Of a stretch of 64,000 nt of DNA, positions 37,374-45,669 are shown in pieces. The stretch comes from a virus. Under the pieces are notes generated by a model. That model did no database searches. It saw nothing but the letters and a program-made list of their open reading frames with translations, and was not told where the DNA came from. Numbering within the stretch: position 1 is the first letter of the stretch; each line of letters opens with the position of its first letter. Position numbers and translations under genes: made by a program. The stretch lies in UHGV virus genome UHGV-1364187; one strand, given 5' to 3'.

Positions 37374-37778
37374 TAAACTGTTTTATTATGTAAATAGGAG
37401 CATTATATAGTAATATATAATGAAAACCCTTTTAATTGCTGGGAAGCCTTAAAGCTCACCTGCCTATATTTTAATGAATATAGGAACGAAAGTAGAAACA
37501 AGTGGTGAGATAGTATATGGTGTAAACCTAAGTACTGCAAACAATGGGTAATCAGCAGCGAAGTTTCTTATAAAGTTATAAGAAGAACGTTCAACGACTA
37601 TCGAAAAGACATGTTTATATAAACATGGAACTGAGTAGAGTACACTCAAGTGAGTGGAAATGGAGGGGGTCTTATTTTATATAAGATCATGATATAGTCT
37701 GCTCACTATGGAAACATAGTGAAGTTCATAAGAGAACTGCATAGAATTAACGACTCTATGTGAACATAAAGGAATATT
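37368..37778 (+). mobile_element. ORF-less group I intron inserted immediately after the PolB DTDS codons; boundaries approximate
   Basis: TTAATTGCTGGGAAGCCTTAAAGCT...AATCAGCAGCGAAGTT and GTTCAACGACTATCGAAAAGACATGT...ACATGGAACTGAGTAGAGTACAC...AGTGGAAATGGAGGGGG...GATATAGTCTGCTC match the intron in the beta-prime gene block for block (P7-like GACTAT/ATAGTC). A P9-like hairpin CACTATGgaaaCATAGTG follows. Confidence 0.75.
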
Positions 37779-38849
37779 TTGAACTTAGATTTTTGGTATA
37801 GATTTATCAAAGATAAAGTAATCGGTATTGATATGAAAATTAAACATGAAATGTATGACATTGCAGAAATCATTAAAGCTGATGAATTTGGTGATAGAGA
37901 AATGATGAAGCCTGCAGAGATAGTAGATATCGAAGATGATTATGATTTCTATGAAGATGAAACAGTAGAAATGGAAAGATTAATCAATCCTGCAAAATTA
38001 GTACCAAATGACTCATTAAGATATTCTATAATAAATATTATAGCATACTTATGTGGTAATATGATTAATGAAGAGATGGTATTATACACAAAACAGAACA
38101 ATTCTTATAGTCCTGATAGACCATGTAGTCTTATTATGAAGAATGAATTCTTATTTAAAAGAGTTTTATTGACAAATGTAAAGAAAAGCTACGCTAGCAT
38201 CATAGAGGTTCAGGAAGGAAATATAGTACCATCTTCCAGTTCATTGGACGTGAAAGGATTACAAATTAGAAAATCAACACTACCAAAAAGAACAAGAGAT
38301 CAATTACAAAGTATATTATATGAAGATATACTAAACTCTGGAGATAATCTCGATCAAAGATGCATACTCAAAGATATTATATTATTAGAAAAACAAATTT
38401 ATAAATCACTTACATCTGGTAGTAAAGAATACTTTAGACCAGCACAAGTTAAAGCTATGGGATCATATGAAAATCCACTAAGAATTTCTGGATTTAAGGG
38501 ATGTGTTGTATGGAATGAGTTAACAGATCTTAATACAGAAAAACATGATCTTAATATTAGAAATGCTGTTGATATTATCAAAGTAGTTTTAAATGCAAAA
38601 ACTGTCGATAAATTAAAAGATTTTCCTGATGTATATGAGAGAGCTGTGAAGCTATTAAACGATCCATCATTTGCAGGGGGAATTAATGGTATATCTGTAC
38701 CATTAGGAGTAGAAACACCAGAGTGGTTATATCAAATTATCGATTATAATACAATTATTAATGATAATTTATCAGTAATGCCATTAGAAAGTGTAGATAT
38801 AATTATTGGAAATTCCAATATAAACTATTCAAATATGGTGCAAATGTAA
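37779..38849 (+). CDS. family-B DNA polymerase, exon 2 (thumb)
   Basis: Open frame resumes right after the intron core. The ORF-track TTG at 37779 is not a real start. Exact 3' splice site not determined. Confidence 0.6.
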   Translation: MNLDFWYRFIKDKVIGIDMKIKHEMYDIAEIIKADEFGDREMMKPAEIVDIEDDYDFYEDETVEMERLINPAKLVPNDSLRYSIINIIAYLCGNMINEEMVLYTKQNNSYSPDRPCSLIMKNEFLFKRVLLTNVKKSYASIIEVQEGNIVPSSSSLDVKGLQIRKSTLPKRTRDQLQSILYEDILNSGDNLDQRCILKDIILLEKQIYKSLTSGSKEYFRPAQVKAMGSYENPLRISGFKGCVVWNELTDLNTEKHDLNIRNAVDIIKVVLNAKTVDKLKDFPDVYERAVKLLNDPSFAGGINGISVPLGVETPEWLYQIIDYNTIINDNLSVMPLESVDIIIGNSNINYSNMVQM

Positions 38850-38850
38850 A

Positions 38851-38886
38851 AAAATAAAAGAAGAGTCAATTAAGACTCTTCTTTTA
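38851..38886. terminator. bidirectional terminator AAGAAGAGTCaattaaGACTCTTCTT
   Basis: 10-bp stem with A6TAAA / T4ATT flanks. Confidence 0.7.
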
Positions 38887-39469
38887 TTATTGTTGCTGGA
38901 ATAATTAATTTATTGTATCTCATCTCTGCATGTGTGCCATACTCATCATATGGAAGATTATTATCAACTCCAGCAAAGTTTAAAAACTCGTTAGAATCTA
39001 CTAAATTATTATTGCTTATAATATTTCCTATAGATTCTAATGATCCATCTAATTGATTTTTATCAATTTCTAATGTATTAGTAATTCCTTTATCACTATC
39101 ACCCCATTGAACATGATATTCATATGGAGCATCCGATATTGGATTACCATATAAATCACATTGTCTAACTTGACATAATCTCATATCAACTCCAACTGTA
39201 GGTCTCATAATTCCATCATAATTATAAAAACAATTAGTTTGAGTATAAAAATGTACAACACAATCATTTGATATATCTGTGTTTATGTAGTTAGATTTAA
39301 TATAGTCTATAATCCATTGTGTAGTGTTACTATCGTTTCTATATACAAAATCGTTTCTAAACATAATTTCATCATAGAATTCGCTTGTATCTGGATTTAG
39401 GTTACAGTCATCAGATACAATAAGACAATTAGTCTCATAGTTTAATAATACATATAAATTTTTTAACAT
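38870..39469 (-). CDS. hypothetical protein; C-terminal tag KLIIPATIIKEES
   Basis: The ORF-track GTG start lies inside the RBS AAAAGGTGG; trimmed to the ATG at 39469. Confidence 0.5.
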   Translation of the reverse strand: MLKNLYVLLNYETNCLIVSDDCNLNPDTSEFYDEIMFRNDFVYRNDSNTTQWIIDYIKSNYINTDISNDCVVHFYTQTNCFYNYDGIMRPTVGVDMRLCQVRQCDLYGNPISDAPYEYHVQWGDSDKGITNTLEIDKNQLDGSLESIGNIISNNNLVDSNEFLNFAGVDNNLPYDEYGTHAEMRYNKLIIPATIIKEES

Positions 39470-39498
39470 AACACATTCCACCTTTTCATAATATTATT

Positions 39499-39528
39499 TT
39501 ACACATATATAATATATAATCTAAAATG
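39499..39528 (-). promoter_or_regulatory. conserved promoter motif upstream of the 39469 gene
   Basis: reverse complement reads CATTTTAGATTATATATTATATATGTGTAA. Confidence 0.45.
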
Positions 39529-39685
39529 ATTTTACTTAAAAAATAAGTATAGAATTTATAGTTCTATACTTACGAATTGTATACATATCTTGTCAATCTA
39601 TTATAGATAGACAAGATATGCTTTTTCTCCATTTTGTTGTTTACTCTCATATTTTTATCTCCTTTATTTTAGCTTAAAATTATGT

Positions 39686-40015
39686 TTATCTTATTGTACG
39701 TCTCATGTCAAATTCAATGTCAAATAATTTTGAATCTACTTTATTCAATTCATTAATAGCATTATGCAATAGTTGTTGTTCTGATTCTGTTAAAGATTCT
39801 GTTGATCTAACTTTAGATTGCAATAAAGATATTGCATTATCTAAGTATTCTTTTTTATTGCATAATTTTTTGTATTTGACTTCTAATGAATCTTCTTCCA
39901 TTATATCACATCCTTCTTTATCACGATAATATAAGAAACAAATCTCAGTAAGAGATTTGTTTGCTTTCTTTAATAATTCTTTTTGTTCTTTATTTAATTT
40001 CATCATATCTATCAT
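39686..40015 (-). CDS. small coiled-coil protein
   Basis: ORF. Confidence 0.4.
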   Translation of the reverse strand: MIDMMKLNKEQKELLKKANKSLTEICFLYYRDKEGCDIMEEDSLEVKYKKLCNKKEYLDNAISLLQSKVRSTESLTESEQQLLHNAINELNKVDSKLFDIEFDMRRTIR

Positions 40016-40035
40016 TCTCCTTTTAATTTATAATA

Positions 40036-40242
40036 TTATTTTATTTCTTCTGTAAGTTTTTTAATCTCATCAAGGCATTCTTCCATTTGACATAATAATT
40101 TGTCTAACTCGTCATGTAATATGTGTTTATTCTTATTTGTATTTTCCATCATACTATATATCTTATAATGTTTAGAATATATTTCATCCATCTTGTTATA
40201 ATATAACATTAGCCCTTCAATACGTTTCATCTTTTGTTCCAT
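40036..40242 (-). CDS. small coiled-coil protein
   Basis: ORF. Confidence 0.4.
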   Translation of the reverse strand: MEQKMKRIEGLMLYYNKMDEIYSKHYKIYSMMENTNKNKHILHDELDKLLCQMEECLDEIKKLTEEIK

Positions 40243-40288
40243 AATAAACCCCCTAAAATATATAATTGATGTTTTATAAATTGATGTA

Positions 40289-40528
40289 TTATCTATCTGA
40301 TCTAACTCTAATTACTTCACATAAACTGAGAAAATAATTCTCAGTCATAGAATATAAATATCTTGTAAAAGCTATCCTATTAGAGATAGCTTTTATTAAT
40401 ACCTTGTCTATGATAGATAATCCATCATGACTTTTTAATGTATACAGTACTAATGATAATCTTTCTATTGATCTTGCTAAACTTCTTAATACCATTCCTA
40501 TAACGTTTCTATATACTTTTAATACCAT
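40289..40528 (-). CDS. small hypothetical protein
   Basis: ORF. Confidence 0.35.
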   Translation of the reverse strand: MVLKVYRNVIGMVLRSLARSIERLSLVLYTLKSHDGLSIIDKVLIKAISNRIAFTRYLYSMTENYFLSLCEVIRVRSDR

Positions 40529-40557
40529 AATAAAACAACTCCTTTAAATTTAATATT

Positions 40558-40809
40558 TTAAGCAACTTGATTTACAAGTTGCTCTAATCTTCTGTTAAGT
40601 TTTTGTACTTCTTCCATAGTTCTATCTATATTAGACATAACTCTATCAAGAGCTTCTATTAATACTAACTTTGTTTTTGCATCTTTGTATTTATCTAACT
40701 CACAAGTATACTTATGATAATTGATTTCATAAGTATCTAATAGTTTATCATACTCCATAAGTTGAGTATTAATTTTTAGCACTTCTTCTTTTAATTCGTA
40801 ATTTTTCAT
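40558..40809 (-). CDS. small coiled-coil protein
   Basis: ORF. Confidence 0.4.
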   Translation of the reverse strand: MKNYELKEEVLKINTQLMEYDKLLDTYEINYHKYTCELDKYKDAKTKLVLIEALDRVMSNIDRTMEEVQKLNRRLEQLVNQVA

Positions 40810-40828
40810 ACCAATTCCTCCATACCTT

Positions 40829-41020
40829 TTAATTTAAATTATTCTTAATCATATCACATTCGTCAATCATATCTTGAACTAATGATTTTACAATCTCTAA
40901 TACTGATTTTTTATCGTCAATATTATCTACTACAATTAGTGTATGTAATGATTCTTGTAATACTTCAATCTGATCGTTAAATAAAACTTCTACTTCTTCT
41001 CTTAATTCTTTCTTTTCCAT
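40829..41020 (-). CDS. small coiled-coil protein (MEKKELREEV family)
   Basis: shares the leader AAAGGAGTTGTTTAGTT ATG and an MxKKEL N-terminus with the disrupted gene at ~48.9 kb. Confidence 0.4.
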   Translation of the reverse strand: MEKKELREEVEVLFNDQIEVLQESLHTLIVVDNIDDKKSVLEIVKSLVQDMIDECDMIKNNLN

Positions 41021-41074
41021 AACTAAACAACTCCTTTAAATTTTTAGTAACATAGACTATTTACAATCATCTAT

Positions 41075-41107
41075 ATTCACCTTAATAATATATAAGTGAA
41101 ATATGAG
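41075..41107 (-). promoter_or_regulatory. variant promoter motif CTTATATATTATTAAGGTGAATATAGA
   Basis: same architecture as the copy at 48955-48986. Confidence 0.45.
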
Positions 41108-41122
41108 ACTTTTACAAAAAAA

Positions 41123-41160
41123 ATAAAAGAAGAGTCCAAATGGACTCTTCTTTATTTACT
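41123..41160. terminator. terminator AAGAAGAGTCCAAATGGACTCTTCTT
   Basis: palindrome. Confidence 0.65.
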
Positions 41161-41598
41161 TTCTATTCTATAAGTTGTATCGTATGGTGTACTATACGAG
41201 TTAACTTTAAATCCCAATTTCTCTAATCTTTTTATTTCAGCATTAGAAAAATTATATTGATATGAAGACACTTCTATTGAGATACAATCTTTTGAAATGC
41301 TAGCAAGAAGTTTTTCAACGTTATTAGGTTCTCTTGCAGATTTATAATCATCTGCTTTACATTCTCTTTCAATATCTATATTATACTTAGAATAGAAATT
41401 TTCATGATCTAATATTGGTTCGAGATTATCAAGTACAATCCAGTGTTCTTTACTCCAATTATCAGTCTGGGTTAAACAAAATGCACGAGCTTCTATTCTA
41501 TCAGATTTGATTTCTGCATCTAATATTATATACAAGTTATCATCGTATCTGTATATATTAAATGGTTCATTTTTGAAGTCTTCTAATTTCATTTCCAA
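41152..41598 (-). CDS. hypothetical protein
   Basis: ORF. Confidence 0.45.
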   Translation of the reverse strand: MEMKLEDFKNEPFNIYRYDDNLYIILDAEIKSDRIEARAFCLTQTDNWSKEHWIVLDNLEPILDHENFYSKYNIDIERECKADDYKSAREPNNVEKLLASISKDCISIEVSSYQYNFSNAEIKRLEKLGFKVNSYSTPYDTTYRIESK

Positions 41599-41689
41599 TA
41601 TTTCTCTTTGTCTTTCTTGTATTTCTTTTTATAATTGATTATATCTTTCTTTATCCATCTTAAATTCTCTCCTTTTATTATATAATTAT

Positions 41690-42697
41690 TTAAATTGCTA
41701 CTGAAGCTTTAATAGCATCACCACATTTATATCCATTAATCTTAATATCTTCTAGTTTAATATTTCTAATATCTTCGCCTAATAGATCTTTAGTAAATTC
41801 AATCTTAGGTAAGTCGTATAATTCTCTAGATAGATATTCTTTTGCCTGATCAATATGATTTTGGTAAATATGTGTATCGCCAAAATTATATGTCATTGTT
41901 CCAACTTGTAATCCACTAATAGCACCCATCATATGTAAAAAGATTCCATATTCTGCTAAATCAAATGGAACCCCTAGAATACTGTCAGCACTACGTTGAT
42001 TTACAATCATATGTAATTTATCATTGATTACTAAAAACTGGATAGAAAATACACAAGGTGGTAAATCTACATAAGGAACACTAGCAGTATTCCATGAATT
42101 AAGAATAATTCTTCTTGAATCTGATTTACTCTTAATAAGTTTTTGTGTAATATCTAATTGGTCTACAATGTTCACAACGACTTCTTGTTCTTGAGTATTC
42201 ATATTATTCATTTCTACATGTTTATTATACTTCCAAGCATTACCATAGATATCTTCATATACTGTAAGTTCTCTAGATGTAATTTCATCATTAAGAATCT
42301 TTTGTTCAAAGATATCGAGTTGTTCTCTATATAGTTTAGCAAATTCTTCATCCTTATCTTTTAATACAGTCCAATTGTCTGGGAATACTGGTCCTGTATA
42401 TTTTTCATTTTCTGGGCATTTTCCCTCAATATATCTTTTAAATTTCCATTCTGTCCAGATATGTACATTTTGCTCTAATAATGTCTTTAAGTTTTGTTCT
42501 CCATTAATGAACCATAAAAGTTCTTTAATAGCTGTTCTATAAGCAGTTCTTTTTCCAGTAACAATAGGAACACTACCATCTGATAAATCAAATTTCATAC
42601 TATAACCAGGAATACGGATAGTTCCTACTCCAGTTCGGTCTGTGCTAACTTCACCTGTTTCTAAAATAGTTTTAATCATTTCTTTATATTGTTTCAT
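41690..42697 (-). CDS. thyA: thymidylate synthase family enzyme (ThyA-like; a dCMP or dUMP hydroxymethylase cannot be excluded)
   Basis: MKQYKEMIKTILETGEVSTDRTGVGTIRIPGYSMKFDL...VTGKRTAYRTAIKELLWFINGEQN and DLPPCVFSIQFLV...NQRSADSILGVPFDLAEYGIFLHMM...GDTHIYQNH align with the ThyA signature including the catalytic Cys (PPC). Confidence 0.75.
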   Translation of the reverse strand: MKQYKEMIKTILETGEVSTDRTGVGTIRIPGYSMKFDLSDGSVPIVTGKRTAYRTAIKELLWFINGEQNLKTLLEQNVHIWTEWKFKRYIEGKCPENEKYTGPVFPDNWTVLKDKDEEFAKLYREQLDIFEQKILNDEITSRELTVYEDIYGNAWKYNKHVEMNNMNTQEQEVVVNIVDQLDITQKLIKSKSDSRRIILNSWNTASVPYVDLPPCVFSIQFLVINDKLHMIVNQRSADSILGVPFDLAEYGIFLHMMGAISGLQVGTMTYNFGDTHIYQNHIDQAKEYLSRELYDLPKIEFTKDLLGEDIRNIKLEDIKINGYKCGDAIKASVAI

Positions 42698-42739
42698 AAC
42701 TATTAACCTCTCTTTTCTAATGTAATTATATATAAGTTT

Positions 42740-42790
42740 ATGGGTGGTTAAAAAAATAAAAAAAAGAAGAGGATTAATCCTCTTCTATAA
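42740..42790. terminator. terminator AGAAGAGGATTAATCCTCTTCT
   Basis: palindrome after A tracts. Confidence 0.6.
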
Positions 42791-42794
42791 ATTG

Positions 42795-43382
42795 TTATAT
42801 GATATGTTCAGCTGCTTCGATGACTTCACGTCTATTGCATGTGGTAGCATTAATACGTTGTTCTATGTGAATAATATTATCATCAGTACAAGCAGAAATA
42901 TTTAAAGTATTAAACTCAGTATTTAATCTAATAAGTAAATCTTTTATTGTGAAATTCTGTTTCAATGGTTTATTGATATCAATATCAATAAGCATATATC
43001 TATCTTCATCACCATAATATCTAGTTGTTACATGATATCTAGATTTTATGTCAATATTCTTAGACTCTTTATTGTTTATACAATTTGATAATTTTTCATA
43101 TAGGTCAGAAACATCTAAACAATACTGACTACGTGCTCTAATATAATCTATAGTATTTGTTAAAAATTTAGCTTCTTTTTTAGTTATCTTGATATAATAT
43201 TCAGTATTTTCATCTTCAAATTCTTTAAGTTCTTTTTTGATGAATTCTTCATTTAGAATGATATAATTAATAGAACCTTTATATTCTATATATAGAACAT
43301 TTAGTTTTATACAATCAACAAGTTCATGTGTTATATGTGTATCTGTATCAAATTGTATAGTCTCTTCATAAGACATTTTCAA
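42795..43382 (-). CDS. hypothetical protein
   Basis: ORF with TTG start. A 28-codon upstream ORF (MRKFVDKEKMEVLKEKLTKMGN...) in another frame abuts it. Confidence 0.4.
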   Translation of the reverse strand: MKMSYEETIQFDTDTHITHELVDCIKLNVLYIEYKGSINYIILNEEFIKKELKEFEDENTEYYIKITKKEAKFLTNTIDYIRARSQYCLDVSDLYEKLSNCINNKESKNIDIKSRYHVTTRYYGDEDRYMLIDIDINKPLKQNFTIKDLLIRLNTEFNTLNISACTDDNIIHIEQRINATTCNRREVIEAAEHII

Positions 43383-43494
43383 TTCATTAACTATATAATC
43401 ATATAGTACAGATTTCCCATTTTAGTTAATTTCTCTTTTAATACTTCCATTTTCTCTTTATCTACAAATTTTCTCATTATAATCTCTCCTTTTT

Positions 43495-44532
43495 TTACAT
43501 ATGTTTTAATTGATTTAATACTTCTGCTTGAATATCTGATGGGGTTGCTGGTAATGATAATTTTGGTAAAATATCTTCTGGTTTAGCTTCAAGTTTCTCA
43601 ATTAGCTCAATAGCATATTCTCTTTCTAGTAAAGGAACTTCAACTTTAAGATCAAATCTACCACTTCTAGTAACAGCATCGTCTACTCTATCTATATAAT
43701 TTGTTGTTGCTATAAATATTACATCGTTAATAGATGCAATACCATCTAGTACATTAAGTATATCACCAATAACATTCATTGTTTCTTTATTATCATCTGT
43801 AATTGATTCGTCACGTCTACCAACGTAACAATCAATATCTTCTAATACAATTACACATTTTTCTATAGAACCCATATTTCTCAAGTTACTAATTGTTATT
43901 GGTGTTGTTATAACTACTGAGTATTCTAAATAATTAGCAATTGCTTGGATTAATGATGTCTTTCCACCTCCTTTAGGACCATATAAAACTATACCACCTT
44001 TATATGAAATATTGTGTCTACGATAATAATCTTTATTAGAGATCCACATATCTAAATAATCTTTATTTTTTTCTTTACTTGGAGTTACAATATCGTCAAA
44101 TGTCTTAGTTGGTAAATCTAATAAACCATTAAACTCAGTGCTTTTAATTTTACCTTTTCTACACCCAACAGTTATATTATCCTGGATCTCTTTCATATAT
44201 TTTCTAGAATTAATACCAGTTAGTTTACACTTTAAAGCTGACATTGTATCTTTATTATTATTACACATTATTTCACACACTTCAAATTCCATTCTGGTAA
44301 ATTTATATACATTGAAAGAATATTTACCATCTGGTAAGAAGTAAGTTTTTCCATTATCACATGTACATTTAAGAGTATCAAATTTATGAGTATTTTTAAA
44401 TATCCAATCGTATGTAAAATTAAATCCATATCTACTTGCAAGTTTACAGAACTCAATAGTGTATCTATCATTTACTTTCTTGTAAACAATCTTTCCTAAA
44501 CTTACTGTAGCTGCTGTAGCTAAAGATACCAT
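43495..44532 (-). CDS. AAA+ ATPase (classic clade); start probably at 44562 with a 1-nt shift in an A7 run
   Basis: Walker A GIVLYGPKGGGKTSL; Walker B VIVLEDIDC; second region of homology TTNYIDRVDDAVTRSGRFD. The conserved leader AAGGAGATGTTTTTTATT ATG at 44562 opens a 32-codon frame (MKYNMLKSMKKRNYGIFSYSSYSKFRKDCLQESK) that reads into the AAA+ frame only if one A of GAAAAAAAG is skipped. Confidence 0.7.
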   Translation of the reverse strand: MVSLATAATVSLGKIVYKKVNDRYTIEFCKLASRYGFNFTYDWIFKNTHKFDTLKCTCDNGKTYFLPDGKYSFNVYKFTRMEFEVCEIMCNNNKDTMSALKCKLTGINSRKYMKEIQDNITVGCRKGKIKSTEFNGLLDLPTKTFDDIVTPSKEKNKDYLDMWISNKDYYRRHNISYKGGIVLYGPKGGGKTSLIQAIANYLEYSVVITTPITISNLRNMGSIEKCVIVLEDIDCYVGRRDESITDDNKETMNVIGDILNVLDGIASINDVIFIATTNYIDRVDDAVTRSGRFDLKVEVPLLEREYAIELIEKLEAKPEDILPKLSLPATPSDIQAEVLNQLKHM

Positions 44533-44603
44533 AATTTCTTTTTTTCATTGATTTTAACATATTATATTTCATAATAAAAAACATCTCCTTTAATATTATT
44601 ATT

Positions 44604-44630
44604 CAATTATATAATATATAATTAAAACTA
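44604..44630 (-). promoter_or_regulatory. conserved promoter motif TTTAATTATATATTATATAATTGAATAATAATATT
   Basis: consensus copy. Confidence 0.55.
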
Positions 44631-44640
44631 TTTTACTACA

Positions 44641-44680
44641 AAAAAATAAAGACTAAGAGATAATACTCTTAGTCTTTATA
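44641..44680. terminator. terminator AAGACTAAGAGATAATACTCTTAGTCTT
   Basis: palindrome. Confidence 0.65.
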
Positions 44681-44682
44681 TA

Positions 44683-45570
44683 TTAAGCTATGTTTAAAGA
44701 ATCGGTACAAACCTTTCTAAAATCATCACTATATATCAATCTATCCCAAGGTCTTACAAAGAACATTACGTTATGATAGTGTTTACATAGATAAGATAAT
44801 TTTTCTAATCTTTGATTATCATTGAGTTCATTAGTATTACTCCAAGAATGATAATATGTATCATGTGACTCAAAGAACCTTACTGATCCTCTATCCATAT
44901 TAGCGTACTCATCAACTAATACTTTACACTGTTTTGTATATTTATTAAGTAAATATGTAGGGCAATTTAGACATTCTCCATATATAAACTTATCTTTATA
45001 TCTAGAGAATACATTATACCATATATTACATCCCTCTTCTGGTAATGCATAATGTTTACACATATCTAGTCTAAATCCATCACATCCTAGACTAAATAAT
45101 TCATCTAAGAATGGAACATAGACTTTTTCTTGTAGTTCTGTACTTTTATAATCTAATCTTGGCATTCCCCAACACCCGTTTATTATATCAAATCTATTAT
45201 CTGGATTGGTATAATCTTGTGTTATTATATACTTTAACAATTCTTTATCTACATCTTGATGTGGTTCTAGTTTTCCATTATCATTTCCAGCAACATGTCT
45301 CATTACTACATCTGGAAATACAAATATATCATATTTATGTGATTCTTTACATAAATCTCTTAAATCATCTTTAGTTCCTAGTCTATTTCCTATATTAAAA
45401 TTTAGTATTTGATATAGCTTCCACCATTCTTTATCGGCATTGTATTCATTTATACTTTTACATTCTGTAACTGGTGAAGTTTGTATAGCGTCAACTCCTT
45501 GATATTTAAAGAATTCTATATTTTCAGTAACATTGGTAAGTCTCCAGTTGAAAGTGTTTAAAATAATCAT
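44683..45570 (-). CDS. GH13 alpha-amylase-family glycoside hydrolase, minimal catalytic domain
   Basis: Region I GVDAIQTSPV. Region II GCDGFRLDMCKH (GFRLDxxKH nucleophile Asp). Region III FIYGECLN (Glu). Region IV FFESHDT (FxxNHD). GTG start inside the RBS trimmed to the ATG at 45570. Confidence 0.6.
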   Translation of the reverse strand: MIILNTFNWRLTNVTENIEFFKYQGVDAIQTSPVTECKSINEYNADKEWWKLYQILNFNIGNRLGTKDDLRDLCKESHKYDIFVFPDVVMRHVAGNDNGKLEPHQDVDKELLKYIITQDYTNPDNRFDIINGCWGMPRLDYKSTELQEKVYVPFLDELFSLGCDGFRLDMCKHYALPEEGCNIWYNVFSRYKDKFIYGECLNCPTYLLNKYTKQCKVLVDEYANMDRGSVRFFESHDTYYHSWSNTNELNDNQRLEKLSYLCKHYHNVMFFVRPWDRLIYSDDFRKVCTDSLNIA

Positions 45571-45635
45571 AATAAGCACCTCCTATAATTACCAATTTTT
45601 TACATTTATGTTAACTTACATTCTATACTTGAAAA

Positions 45636-45666
45636 ATAAAAGAGTACACATGTACTCTTTTATTAT
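45636..45666. terminator. terminator AAGAGTACACATGTACTCTT
   Basis: palindrome. Confidence 0.6.
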
Positions 45667-45669
45667 AAC

